A stretch of 63,870 bases of DNA, the filler included, from Octopus bimaculoides (Eukaryota), in NCBI RefSeq assembly GCF_001194135.2. It is 4 parts of 3 records of this genome, joined end to end, with 100 filler letters (N's around TTAATTAATTAA, not from the genome) between each part and the next. Parts side by side here need not be neighbours in the genome. Positions count along the whole stretch, not along the records: positions 1 to 30,194 come from NC_068982.1; 3 more parts are not named here. One strand, 5' to 3'. The position numbers and the translations under genes were made by a program. Each line of letters starts with the position of its first letter. Position 1 is the first letter of the stretch. Shown here piece by piece: positions 10,835 to 23,907 of the stretch. A model generated the notes under the pieces. It ran no database searches and was not told the origin of the DNA. It worked only from the letters and a program-made list of their open reading frames with translations.

Positions 10835-11540
10835 ACGACGGTTACAATGACGAGGGTCCCAGCTGATACGATCAACAGAACAGCTTGCTTGGGAAATTAA
10901 CATGCAAGTGGCTGAGCACTCCACAGACATGTGTACCCTTAATGTAGTTCTGAGGGAGATTCGGTGTGACACAGAGTGTGACGAGGCTGTCCCTTTGAAA
11001 TACAGGTACAATAGAAACAGGAAGAAAGAGTGAGAGAAAGTTGTGGTGAAAGAGTACAGCAGGGTTCACCACCACTCACTGCTGGAACCTAATGGGGCTT
11101 TAGGTGTTTTCGCCCAATAAACACTCACAACACCAGGTCTGGGGATCGAAACCATGATCCTACGACTGCAAGTCTGCTGCCCTAACCATTGGGCCATTGC
11201 ACCTCCACTTGAAAGGAGCACTCAGTCGGTTAAGACGACAAGGGTCCCAGCTGATACAATCAATGGAACAGCCTGCTCGTGAAATTAACGTACAAGTGGC
11301 TGAGCACTCCACAGACACATGTACCCTTGATGAAGTTCTCAGGGAGATAGATTCAGCGTGACACAGAGTGTGACAAGGCTGGTCCTTTGAAATACAGGTA
11401 CTACTCACTTTTGCCAGCTGAGTGGACTGGAGCAACGTGAAATAAAGTGTCTTGCTCAAGGACACAACACGTCACTGGGAATTGAACTCATGACCTTACA
11501 ATCGTGAGTCAAATGCCCTAACCCTTAAGCCATGTGCCTT
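10835..11540 (-). mobile_element. Tandem pair of family D SINEs (about 10835-11200 and 11215-11540) with shared body and different 5' modules
   Basis: Both contain gggtcccagctgatac...gtggctgagcactccacagacatgtgtaccc...ctttgaaatacaggta, then diverge into caatagaaacaggaagaaagag... versus ctactcacttttgccagctgagtggactggagc.... Confidence 0.85.
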
Positions 11541-11577
11541 GACTAAGAAATATCTATGACACAAATTAAGCTATTAA

Positions 11578-11798
11578 CCCTTTCGTTACCAACCCAGCTG
11601 AAACTGCCTCTGGCTCTGTAGTACAAATGTCTTGTTTTCAACAGTTCTGAATTAAAATCTTCCACCAAACCTTAGTCACAATTTATATTCCTAACACTAG
11701 CTGAATGATAACTAAGTTATTGTACTAAATTCTTTGTTATATTTAAAGTAATTGAAAGAAACACAGAGCATCTCAAAATAAATACAGTAACGAAAGGG
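11578..11798. mobile_element. Complete 221-bp piggyBac-type MITE
   Basis: TTAA (11574-11577) | CCCTTTCGTTAC ... GTAACGAAAGGG | TTAA (11799-11802): perfect 12-bp TIRs with CCC/GGG ends and a TTAA duplication. No ORF. Confidence 0.9.
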
Positions 11799-12039
11799 TT
11801 AAATACTTGGAGGCCTCTTACAACTCCATCACCTGGAGTATGTCATGCTTCAGTTTTGTACAATCTTTCAAGCAGTTTTTCTCTTGGACAGAAAGAATTC
11901 CTTTTGGATTCTGAGATAATTATGTTTTTAAGAAGATGCTGTAGCAGAGTTGTAAACTGTCACTGACAGGTGTATGTTGATGTTGCTGTTGTTGCTTAGC
12001 TCCACATTTGTTTTGGTTGAATTTCTTTTCTTTTTTTAC

Positions 12040-12185
12040 TTGTTTCAGTCATTTGACTGCGGCCATGCTGGAGCACCGCCTTTAGTTGAACAAATCGACT
12101 CCAGGACTTTTTCTTTGTAAGCCTAGTACTTATTCTATTGGTCTCTTAGGCCTAACTGCTAAGGTATGGGGATGTAAGATATATA
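12040..12185 (-). mobile_element. SINE family B, 3' fragment running into a gap
   Basis: tacttgtttcagtcatttgactgcggccatgctggagcaccgcctttag... Confidence 0.85.
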
Positions 12186-12477
12186 TANNNNNNNNNNNNN
12201 NNNNNNNNNNNNNNNNNNNNNNNNNNNNNNNNNNNNNNNNNNNNNNNNNNNNNNNNNNNNNNNNNNNNNNNNNNNNNNNNNNNNNNNNNNNNNNNNNNNN
12301 NNNNNNNNNNNNNNNNNNNNNNNNNNNNNNNNNNNNNNNNNNNNNNNNNNNNNNNNNNNNNNNNNNNNNNNNNNNNNNNNNNNNNNNNNNNNNNNNNNNN
12401 NNNNNNNTGTGTAAGATCACATTAGCAAATGTCTCTGTTTTTTTTTTAAAAAAAAGAAAGAAGGACCAAAAATGTTG

Positions 12478-12766
12478 GAGTGGCTGTGTGGTAAGTAGCT
12501 TGCTTCCCAACCACATGGTTCTGGGTTCGATCCCACTGTGGGGCATCTTGGGCAAGTGTCTTCTGGTGTAGCCTCGGGCCAGCTGAAGCCTTGTGAGTGG
12601 ATTTGGTAGATGGAAACTGAAAGAAGCCCATCATAAACGTGTGCGCGCATGCGAATGTGTTTCTCTGTGTGTGTGTATATGGGTTCGTGTGTGTGTGTGT
12701 GTGAGTGCATGAGTGTGTTTGTGTATTTGTGTGTGTGTGTGTATGAGTGTGTTTCTGTGTGTGTAT

Positions 12767-12805
<39 letters not shown>

Positions 12806-13015
12806 TGTGTTCCCTTGTATCTGTGTTTGCATGCTACCACTACTTCATAACTGGTGTTGGCGTATTCATGCCCCAGTAACTTAGTGGTCTGGCAACAGAG
12901 ATTGATAGGCTTAAAAAAAAAAATAAATACTGCAGTCAATTAATTCAACTAAAATTCTTCATGGCAATGCCCCAGCATGGCCGCAGTCTAATGACTGAAA
13001 CAAGTAAGAGAAAAG
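12478..13015 (+). mobile_element. SINE family B, full length, with an expanded internal (GT)n tract
   Basis: ggagtggctgtgtggtaagtagc (A-box), gggttcgatccc (B-box), long TG-rich middle, 3' gcatggccgcagtctaatgactgaaacaagta. Confidence 0.88.
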
Positions 13016-13135
13016 TAGAGTGTGCTTTTAAAAAGATTTGGCTGCTATTTCTAGCCAGATTGAATGCCCCTCATTGTCTAAACTGATTGATATTGATGAT
13101 AATGATAATGATTTTAACCCCAGATCAACACTGTC

Positions 13136-13183
<48 letters not shown>

Positions 13184-13789
13184 ACAGCAGCAGCAACTGT
13201 CTGAGCAATCTGATTCTGTCAAAGAAATAACTAACCAATGTTCTTTAGAAGTATATTGATGACCTTATCTATTTTTTTTTACTATTCCTTCTTTTAGGAT
13301 GATGGGATGTGACTTGGGATAGATTTTGCTGCTATTTCTAGTAGGGTGATTGCCATGTAAACAATTAGAAGTGACCCTTATCAGAACACTTCTAACTGAT
13401 CTTCAATTTTAATAATATTTTATTTCTTTGTGTGGGTGGTCTATTAGTGGATTGTTTTTAAAAGTGATCTTTCTCCTTAATGGACTAAATTACCTTCATT
13501 ATCTCATTTGCTTTCAGCTATATTTTAATAAATAAACATCAAAGAACATTTGTTTTTAACTATGGCATCGTATTAATCATGGTACTATAATTAAATTAAT
13601 GAAGCAGTAGATCAATGAATAATAAAGCATATCAGTTTTTAAGTAGACCCTCTCACTTTTGAATAGTTAGTTCTATCAGTTCTTGTGTTTCTACAAAAGA
13701 AACCAAACTAAAAGAAACGAGTATGAATTGATGCGGTGCAATTGCTCCTGGATGTTTCATAACTCATGTTTCTTTCTTGCCTTTAACCC

Positions 13790-14110
13790 TCCAACGCGGA
13801 GTATAGGCCACTTATAATTGAATTCCATGTTGCATAATTTTTTGCTTCTGTACTTATACTCTACCATGAATGTCTCCCTTTCTCTAGTTCCTTTTGTGTT
13901 GATCTATGCCACAAGTTCTTAGGCCTACCCTTCTTTCTATATCCATCCGGATTCCACTGTAAAGCACGTTTTGCTACATTTGGTGTGTCCTTTCTAATTG
14001 TGCTACCAATCCACTTCCACTTCCACTTTTTCTTAAATATTTGCTCTCTAATCGGAAGTGGATTCGTTCTTTGCCATATATGTATAAAACATTTATATTG
14101 CCAGGACACC
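13790..14110 (-). mobile_element. RTE-clade LINE relic, 3' end of the RT ORF
   Basis: Translation WQRTNPLPIREQI..KWKWIGSTIRKDTPNVAKRALQWNPDGYRKKGRPKNLWHRS..KEL matches the RTE C-terminal motif W.WIGH..RK......AL.WNP.G.R..GRPK..W. Confidence 0.85.
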
Positions 14111-14574
14111 AGTGTGTTCTTTGTGGGTCAATTATTTGAATGAATTTGGTAGAAGGAAACTGAAAGAAGACTGTCATATATGTGTATACACAAACATATT
14201 CTTTTATTTCAGTTATTTGACTGTGGCCATGCTGGAATACTGTTTTTAGATGAACAAATCGATCCCAAGACTTATTCTTTGTAAGCTTAGTACTTATTCT
14301 ATAGGTCTCTTTTTGCTGAACCGCTAAGTTTCAGGGATGTAAACACAACAACATTGGCTGTTAAGCGATGGTGGGGGTACAAACATATATATATATATAT
14401 GTACATGTCTTTGTATCTGTGTTTATCATTCACCACCACTTGACAACTGGTTTTGGCTTGTTTACATCCCTGTGACTTAGTGGTTTGGCAAAAAAAGACT
14501 GATAGAATAAGTACCAGCTTAAAAACAAATTCTGGGGTCAATTCATTCAATTAAAAATTCTTCAAGGTGGTGCT
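14105..14574. mobile_element. Cluster of SINE family B fragments in both orientations
   Basis: Plus ggaaactgaaagaagactgtc (about 14155); minus 3' half at about 14205-14385; plus 3' half at about 14410-14574. Confidence 0.75.
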
Positions 14575-14924
14575 NNNNNNNNNNNNNNNNNNNNNNNNNN
14601 NNNNNNNNNNNNNNNNNNNNNNNNNNNNNNNNNNNNNNNNNNNNNNNNNNNNNNNNNNNNNNNNNNNNNNNNNNNNNNNNNNNNNNNNNNNNNNNNNNNN
14701 NNNNNNNNNNNNNNNNNNNNNNNNNNNNNNNNNNNNNNNNNNNNNNNNNNNNNNNNNNNNNNNNNNNNNNNNNNNNNNNNNNNNNNNNNNNNNNNNNNNN
14801 NNNNNNNNNNNNNNNNNNNNNNNNNNNNNNNNNNNNNNNNNNNNNNNNNNNNNNNNNNNNNNNNTGCCATTAGTTTTTCAAATGGCACATCATGGCACAC
14901 TTGAGTGAGATGTACCTACTGGCA

Positions 14925-15235
14925 CTCGGCTGGTTACGACAATGGGGCTTCCAGTTAATCTGATCAGCAGAACAGCCTGCTCATGAAATTAACATGCAAG
15001 TGGCTGAGCACTCCACAGACACGTGTACCCTTAACGTAGTTCTCGGGGGATATTCAGCGTGACAGAATGTGGCTAGGCTGGTCCTTTGAAATAATGGTCC
15101 AACTCATTTTCACCTGAATGGTTTGGAGCAATGGGAAATAAAATGTCTTGTTCAAAGATGCAATACGGTGCCAGGAATTGAACTCTCGACCTTATGATCA
15201 TAAGCCAAATACTCTAACCACTAAGCCGTGCCCCT
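14925..15235 (-). mobile_element. SINE family D, variant-head subtype
   Basis: gtggctgagcactccacagacacgtgtacccttaacgtagttctcgggg...ggaattgaactctcgacc...ctctaaccactaagcc. Confidence 0.82.
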
Positions 15236-15684
15236 TCACACAGTTACTGCTACTGCATCCAGAAGAGGGTCACCTGACTCGTTGGCAGACATTCTCCACC
15301 CTCAGACCTATAACCATGTTTTCTTCTCTCTCTGCAACTATTATAATGAGTTCTGTTTCTTGGAGGTGACAGACTTGTGCAACCTCCACAGCGGTTTCCC
15401 TGACTCACTCATCTTTCCTCTTTCCATCACCCTTGTTGGGCTTATTTCCCTGGGTCCTACACCAAGCTCTATACCAAATCTTCCTTCTCTAGAATGTTGG
15501 TTTTCTGGAACTCCCACATTGCTCAAATTTTTCCCTACCTTGTTTGTGCGTGCACCAATTCAAGTAATATTCTCTTTGATCAGCCACCTCCTACTTGCTC
15601 ACGCCTCTGTATCCCCATGTTATATTCTTGCATTCACCAATTCATCTGACTCATGTCTTGCTCTCTCTTTTTACTCTCTCTTTA

Positions 15685-16070
15685 CTCTTTTACTTGTTTC
15701 AGTCATTTGACTGCGGCGATGCTGGAGCACCGCCTTAAGTCGAGCAAATCAACCCCAGGACTTATTCTTTGTAAACCTAGTACTTATTCTATTGGTCACT
15801 TTTGCCAAACCGCTAAGTTACGGGGACGTAAACACACCAGCATCGGTTCTCAAGCGATGTTAGGGGGACAAACACAGACACACAAACACATATATATATA
15901 CATATATACGACAGGCTTCTTTCAGTTTCCATCTACCAAATCCACTCACAAAGCTTTGGTCGGCCTGAGGCTATAGTAGAAGACACTTGCCCGAGGTTCC
16001 ATGCAGTGGGAATGAACCCGGAGCCATGTGGTTGGTAAGCAAGCTACTTACCACACAGCCACACCTGCAC
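15685..16070 (-). mobile_element. SINE family B, full length
   Basis: Reverse complement of the 53490-53878 copy from end to end. Confidence 0.9.
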
Positions 16071-16539
16071 CTAATTTTAATCAAAAAGTGAGTCTCAAAA
16101 CTTCACTCTTCCACCCTTTTCATATACAATAATTTTCTTTTGCTGTTACACAACATCAATGCCCTCCTTAGATTCTACTGTTTCTTCAGTTTGGTGTGGA
16201 TTGCTTCTCTATCACTGTTGCTGTTTGGTGAAAGTACTCATATGTATCGTATAGAATATAACCCCTACTCAAGACTAATGGGGGTGGGGGAGAAAGAAAG
16301 AACCTATCAAGGAGAAGCAAAGGCTGTTGTTCATTAATGAGTTATAAAGAGGTTATGTTGGATATTATATTTAATGCTTTAAAACGGTTTTATGTGGGGA
16401 AAAAATCTCAACCATATTCAAAAACGTTGCAGTTTCAAAGTGTATAGTGAGAACAGTGATCGACAATAAAGATTAAAATTAGAGTTAAGCACTTAAGCAA
16501 CTTCACTATTAACTGTCCAGATATTGGTTTTGATACACC

Positions 16540-17490
16540 TAATGTGGTACATAAAATCGAATGGTTCTTGATTATGTTTGATGCTCAGACTAGATGTTCC
16601 AATAAACAAAATGGTTAATCAAATAAAAGCTCAAAGTTTGTGTAATAATTTGGAGAAAGTAGATAGCGTGGTTTCTGGTGCCAAACTTTTTCTTGCTAGT
16701 AAAGCCCGGTTTGAAACGTTTAAGAGGAATTTTAATTTGTACAACAATAAAATGAGTGGTGAAGCTGGCTAATAGAGAAGCGGTTATTAATGAGCCTGAG
16801 GAGTTGAAGAAGATTATAGGCGAAGGAAGGTGTTCACCAAAATATTTGTGTAATGTTAACAAAACTGAACTTTTCTGAAAATGTATGCCTTTCTTGACTT
16901 TTATATTTCTGTGGGAGAAAAATCTGTATCAATCTTTAAAATATGCAAAAATCAGGTTTTGTATCACTTATCCAAACTGAGGGGGCTTTGAAGATTTGTG
17001 CCAATTTTAATCTACTTGTGACTTGGCATTCAAACAAAAAGACTTAGATAGTTGTTAGCCTTTTTCAAGACTTGTTTACAAACATTTTGCCAGGCATCAG
17101 AAAGGTACAATCATCACCATCATCATCATCATCATCAACCTCCTTTAACGTCTGTCTTTCATACTGGCATGGGTTGGAATGGTTTGACAGGAGCTGACAG
17201 GTTCCAATCTGTTTTGGCATTGCTTCTACGACTGGATGGAACCTAGGGATGCGTTTGTGTGCCAGGTGAGAGGTTAGAATATGAAAGAGAAACAGGAACA
17301 TCAAACAATATTCCAATGAAGCATAACTCCTTTAAGACAAACCATGAAGCCATTGATTGAACTTAAATGATCTTTCTAATAATGTGATAGTGGAATGTGA
17401 CCCTAAGAACACAACTTGTTTGCTCCAGCCACTGAATCAAGGTGCAATAGCTAATTCCAAAGCATTTTACCTGAGAACTTTAAACAACTA
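16540..17490 (+). mobile_element. Tigger/pogo-like transposase pseudogene in two fragments (about 16540-16890 and 17335-17490), split by later insertions
   Basis: ASKARFETFKRNFNLYNNKMSGEA..EAVINEPEELKKIIGEGRCSPKYLCNVNKTELF matches Tigger FKASKGWF..FKKR..GEAASAD...IIEEGGY....FN.DETGLF. Downstream P.NTT.LLQPL.QG.IAN.KA.YLR matches the DDE-region PPNTTSLIQPMDQGVI..FKA.YLR. Confidence 0.85.
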
Positions 17491-18281
17491 ATAAAGTAAT
17501 TTACAGGAAAGATAAACCAGCAGTTGGTTGGTGTGTGCATATGTATGTGCCTGCAGATAAACTTGCACTCATGTTGTCAGTGTACGTTTCACATTAATAC
17601 ACAAGTGTGTGCTTGTGTGTATGTGCGCTTCATTATTGCATACGTGTGCATATTCCATATGTATATGTGTGCATGTATTTATGTATAATTTGGCTTCACA
17701 GTTTGTGATTATGTACATACAACCTAAAATAGTTATCTCTGTTATTCCATTATAAAGTATCATATTTATTTGCCCTGTGGCAAAGAGCAGAAATTATTAT
17801 TAATTCTCATTGAGCTACATGTAGGTTACAACACTAAGCCTATCTTATAGTCCTTAGGCTGAACAGGTTTCTGATTATATTCATTATTACAACTTTATGC
17901 AGCTCAAATTAGCTTGGAAGTTTTCAGTTTATGTTTTGGTTTAATAGTAGAGTTTAATCAGTTTAAATAAAGGACCACTAGAGCAGCTACATTTACCTAC
18001 AAGAATTCCTAGTTTTGCAATTTATTTTATTTTTGTTGATATATATATATTCTGTAAATGATAATGTTTTATAAGCTTAGAGCTTGTCAACGATTACCGT
18101 ATATTTATGAAAGAAAATAATCTAATATTGGGGCATATAAGGCTTCGAAAGAAAAAAGTGGATTTTCTGTGAAAACACACACATATATACATCTGTCTGT
18201 CTCTCCTTCATCATCATCACCATCATCATCGTCGTCGTCGTCGTCGTCATCGTCATTATCATCATCATCATCATCATCATT

Positions 18282-18830
18282 AAGGTGGTGAGCTGGCAGA
18301 ATCATTAGCACACCGGGCGAAATGCTTAGCAGTATTTCATTTGCCGCTACATTCTAAGTTCAAATTTCACTAAAGTCGACTTTGCTTTTCATCCTTTCGG
18401 TGTCAATAAATTAAGTACCAGTTATGCACTGGGGTCAGTGTAATCGACTACCCCCCCCCCCNNNNNNNNNNNNNNNNNNNNNNNNNNNNNNNNNNNNNNN
18501 NNNNNNNNNNNNNNNNNNNNNNNNNNNNNNNNNNNNNNNNNNNNNNNNNNNNNNNNNNNNNNNNNNNNNNNNNNTGTAGAAAGGATTATTATTATTATTA
18601 TTAAGGCGGCAAGCTGCCAGAATCGTTAGTGCGCTGGATGAAATGCTTAGCGGTATTTCGTCTGTTTTTACATTCTGAGTTCAAATTTCACCAAGGTTGA
18701 CTTTGCCTTTCATCCTTTCTAGGGTGATAAAAAAAAATACCAGTTGAATACTGGTGTCGATGTAATCGAATCATCCCTTCCCAACAAAATTGCTGCCCTT
18801 CAGGCAAAATTTGAAACCATTATTATTATT
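18282..18830 (+). mobile_element. Two head-to-tail SINE family A copies spanning a gap
   Basis: aaggtggtgagctggcagaatc at 18282; aaggcggcaagctgccagaatcg at 18602, directly after tagaaagg(att)n. Confidence 0.85.
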
Positions 18831-20139
18831 AGTATTGATGTTGTTGTTATTTCAGTTCTTAGACCAGGTGGTGCATTGCGTTCTTGAGCAAAACACTTCA
18901 CCTCATGCTGCACTATGATCACTCTGACAACTGAAGTGTGGCACGCTGTGCACCTGGTCAGGAAATGTCAATCTGATGGACGGAGTGAGCTAATATACAG
19001 CACAAACATTTGACTACTATAGACAAGTCATTTGGCAAAAGCTGAACACTTATACATCGTCTGTGACGGGAGAGACCGTCGTTGTTATCAAGGTGATGAG
19101 ACACACACATATGTTTACATATACATATATATAAATATATATAAATGTGGCCAAATCAAGGAGGTATTCGATGATCTTCCCTGGGACACAGGTTCTGGAG
19201 GTGTCTTGAGGCTGTGGTAAAAACTGAAGATACCTACTTTGAGTGAAGTGTTATCACTCAGCCATTATCCAGCGTCAGCAAGGTACAGTCTGAGGGAAAC
19301 TAGCTGTTATTTCTAGCAGATTGTGTAACCATATCGATGCTCCATCACTAGCTCAACGAATGTCGACAGTTTGAACATCTCTAATTTCTGTATGCAAAGG
19401 TGGTTTATGATATTTTTAATTTTTCTATGATACATAATCCAAGTAGTTATTTGTTGTCTGTTTCCTGCTGCATTTCTATGATAGTTTTATTTACAAGATG
19501 TTAGTCTTTTCAGCCATATGACACACTTCTGGAATTGTTTTCACCTTCTCTTGTTCTATCCAATTACAATTCATTTACTTCCAGGTGTAGGTAGATCAAT
19601 TTTAATCACTATTATCAGAATGCACAAATTTTGATCTTATCTATCATGTTATTTAAAATAGTCTATGTATAATTTTGTTAAAATAGATTAGTAAAGGTTA
19701 AGGCTATAGGAAATAAATGTAAACACATAAAAATTTCACAAAGTACTTGATGAGAAAGATTGATAAGCTATTATCTTAGTTCTGAAACTTTGAAGAGTTT
19801 TGTACTTTCTGAAGATTTGGAATATGATGTTGGAATTTAATTAATAGTAATATTTTTGAAACAATTTCTCAAAGTATTTTCTGTATCAAAATGAAAATCA
19901 AATGGCTTGTTCAGTAAACAGGAGAATCTTGTACAAAATTCAAGATTATCATACTAAGAAGACATGATAACCTCTTCACGGACAAACCACAAAATTAATA
20001 AACAATTCATTAATTTATATTTCTGACTTTGAATGAAATAAACGAATTTTCTTTAATATCTTTTTCTGCCATTTTCTTGTTTTACTCATTGAACACTGGC
20101 CATACTAGGCTCAGCCATAAGGTATTGATATTCTTTTCT

Positions 20140-20342
20140 ACTCAAGGCCCGAAATTTTTGGTGTGTGGTGGTGGGGGGGGGGCTGTCAATTAGATGAACC
20201 CCAGTACACAAGTGGTACTTAACTAATCAACCCCAAAAGGATGAAAGGCAAAGTTGATCGCAGCAGAATTTGAACTCAGAATGTAAAGTCAAATGAAATA
20301 CTGCTAAGCATTTTGTGCTACCGTTTCTGCCAGCTCACTGCC
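20140..20342 (-). mobile_element. SINE family A
   Basis: tttctactcaaggcccg...aaggatgaaaggcaaagt...gaatttgaactcagaa...ctgccagctcactgcctt. Confidence 0.85.
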
Positions 20343-20687
20343 TTTATTTATATCAATCACAGTACATTTGTCCGATACTTATTATCTGCTGTCAGTTGCT
20401 GCAACTATGAATGCTCGTGGCTTGGGCATGACTCGGTAAGCTTTCTCCACACTGGTCGGCTTTTTCCCTTGAGTTTACCATTTATTATGATAAATTCCTT
20501 TCCATTTCATGTCCCTTTTTGCAGTGCCTTTGAATGTCAGTCTAGGTCTTCCATGGTTTCTTATCCTTTTTATATATAGTCTGATAGTTATTTTATCTTA
20601 GGATATGGAATGGAGATTGGCAAAAGGATAAATGACTCATTTGGATGTAGATATTCCAATCAAGTTGTACCGCTTGTGTGCATGCAT

Positions 20688-20726
<39 letters not shown>

Positions 20727-21309
20727 CATCATCATCAATCCCATAATTATTATCATCATTTTATGCATGTGCTTTTTTCCATTCTGGCATTGGTTGGATG
20801 AGACATTTTGGAGCAATATTCTATGGTCAGATATCATTTCTGATGCTAATCCTAACCTTTACATTATTTACATTTGATGGATATTTGTCCTCATCTTGTT
20901 TGTTGTTAACACAATGTTTCAGCTGATATACCCTCCGGAGTTCAACATAGAGATGTTTGCAGAACAGATGGAATCCTTATTGACAATAAATATTAAGTGA
21001 CTTTAGTTATAGTCTTATGTCAATTATGAAACTACAGGCTCCTTAGATCAAAGCTTACCCTAGTTTCTATGGCACATAATTGACCGAGAACACCATGCCC
21101 ATCTCCACTTATATAGGATATTAGCCTGTCAAGTGCATCTGAGTACACTGGAGCACTGTGAAATCAAATGTCTTGCTGAAGAACACAATGCACTAATCAG
21201 TCTTGAGATTGAAACCATGATCTTACAATTCAGAGTCCAGTACCTAACCCATAGACCACATACCTTCACTATGGTTGACTACTCACCAGTTCTTTTCTTT
21301 TTTTTTAAT

Positions 21310-21690
21310 TTCTCACTTGTTTCAGTCATTAGACTGTGGCCATGTTGGGGCACCACCTTGAAGAATTTTTTAGTCAAATGAATCAACGCCAGTACATTTT
21401 ATAAAGCCTGGTACTTATTCTATCAATCTCTTTTGTCAAACTGTTAAGTTACACGAATGTAGACAAACCAACACTAGTTGTCAAGTAAAGGTGGGTGGGA
21501 CAAACATAGACACAAAGATATATTATAGACACACAATGGGCTTCATTCAGTTTCCCTCTACTGAATCAAATCACAAGATTTTGATTGGCCTGAGAATAAA
21601 GTAGAAGGCACTTGATCAAGGTGGCATGCAGTGGAACTGAACTTGGAACCATGTGGTTGGGAAGCAAGCTTCTTACCACACAGACATGCT
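21310..21690 (-). mobile_element. SINE family B, diverged full length
   Basis: cacttgtttcagtcattagactgtggcc...ggaaccatgtggttgggaagcaagcttcttaccacacag. Confidence 0.82.
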
Positions 21691-22214
21691 TGCACCTGTT
21701 TACATAACAACGCCAGCACCAATATATCAGGCATGTACCTTACTGTAAGAAGGTAGACCAGCAATTCTGATTTTTCTTCCAAACAGTCCTTGATGAAGGT
21801 GCTGTGATGGGTAGTCAAGGCTACGACACAGTTATCAATTTATACTTTTGAACACCAGTGCTTGGGAGGAAAACACATGGAAAGTGAGCCCTAGGGCTAG
21901 AAGTGTTAGATGGTGGGGACAAACACAAACACACACATATATATATATATATATATACGACGGGCTTCTTTCAGTTTACCAAAGCAGTTCTTAGGAGAGA
22001 GAATTCTGTAAAATTGTGCACAGTTTATGAGGTGTGAGAAGTAATGAGTGGTAGCAAGAAATGAGACTATTGAATTTGGGCGTCAGAAAAAAAAAAAGCA
22101 TTAAATGATAAGTTCAGTGAGGTCAGATCTCACTTTGCTGGGCTTTAGAAATGAAGTAATATACCAGTGTAGCCCATTGCTGAAAAATGGCCATTGCAAT
22201 GCTGCTGCTGTTAC

Positions 22215-22257
<43 letters not shown>

Positions 22258-22578
22258 TGTATATCCTTTGTGTAAACTTATAGTTCATTTTTTTTTTTAA
22301 CTACTCAACTTGAAGTTATTTTCTTTTTATAACAAAATTTCATTTGTGCAACAAATTACTGTATTAAATTTTACTAACCTGGAATCTAAATATTGTGCAA
22401 ATAGGTTGAAGCAATAGAGATTTTTTTGAATTTCCATGGAATATATATATATGTATATGAAAGTAATATATATATATATATATATACATACATATATATA
22501 TACATATATATTCTTACACACACATATATATGCATGTATATATATATACTTACATACATACGTTACATACACACATAC

Positions 22579-22626
<48 letters not shown>

Positions 22627-23694
22627 TGAGATTAATTTTTTCATAATTTGGAAGATGGTTAAGTTTAAATGCTTCCTTGTCATAACAACAAATAAATATC
22701 TGAATAAAAGATGGGAAAAAGAGCTTTAGATTCATTTTATTTCTTTGAGTAATGCCAGACTTAAAAAAGCATAAATCTCTTAGAACAATATGGAGCAACT
22801 TTATGACAATGTGGAAGTTATTGATTGAGTTTTTTGCTTTTTTTTTAAAGATGATTTTATTACTTTTATCTTTCATAAAATATTATACAAGCTATTGTTA
22901 AAAACATTTGTGCAAAATTTTAATAAAATTTGATTAAATAAGTGAAGAATTGAAATTTAGTTAAGTACTGGCGGTGGGGAAAGTAATTTTATATGCTAAC
23001 CAAGAGTATTTTCTGGAATATTTTCTGAAATTCTATTGACTGGAGGAAAAAAATAGAGTAAAGAAGCAAAAAATAAAATAAATGTAAGAATAAAATATAA
23101 TTTCAAACATACTTTGCTGAAATAGAAACATTCATTATTTTCTAAATTATTTATGGTAAATGCTTGCAAATAAGTAATTCTAAGATATTAAATGTAGGGA
23201 TCTCACACACCCAAAATTTTGGACTCTTTTTGTTTATCTTTCCCTTGGTTTTTCTGTCTTTCTTTCTTGCTGTTTCAGCCAGGCTGTTGTCTGTCTGTCT
23301 GTCTCTTTCCTCATTCATACACTATACTCTGTTCTTTCTGATATTCTAAACATTTTATGTTTTTTTTTTTTTACAACTATCAGTGTAAGAAATAAATAGA
23401 CATAAAGTAATAAAGTACTCTAAACATCTGTAAAAAATAAATGGAGCAAGATAATAAAAGTTAACTTGTGTTACATAAAAAAACGATGTGTCTTAGAATG
23501 CCTCCATGAACATGTAAATAATATTTAGTTTCCTCAACTGTGTGTGTTTTTTTTCTTTCCCTTCTTCTCTAATTTGATTGTCTTCATATGATGTCAGTAT
23601 GATTTTGCGCTGCAAATTTGGCATTTTTAAATGCAAGAAAGAAAATTAATGAAAACTAGAAAATATATATTAATAACCATGTATAAATATTCTT

Positions 23695-23907
23695 TTCTAC
23701 TCTAGGCACAAGGCCTGAAATCTGTGGGGAGGGGGCCCATTCGATAATATCGACCCCAGTATGCGACTGGTACTTGACTTATTGACCCTAAAAGGATGAA
23801 AGGCAAAGTCGACCTCGGCGGAATTTGAACTCAGAACGTAAAGACAGACGAAATACCGCAAAGCATTTTGTCCGGTGTGCTAACGTTTCTGCCAGCTCGC
23901 CGCCTTT
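23695..23907 (-). mobile_element. SINE family A, young-looking copy
   Basis: Retains many CpGs: aaagtcgacctcggcggaatttgaactcagaacg...ctgccagctcgccgcctt. Confidence 0.9.
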
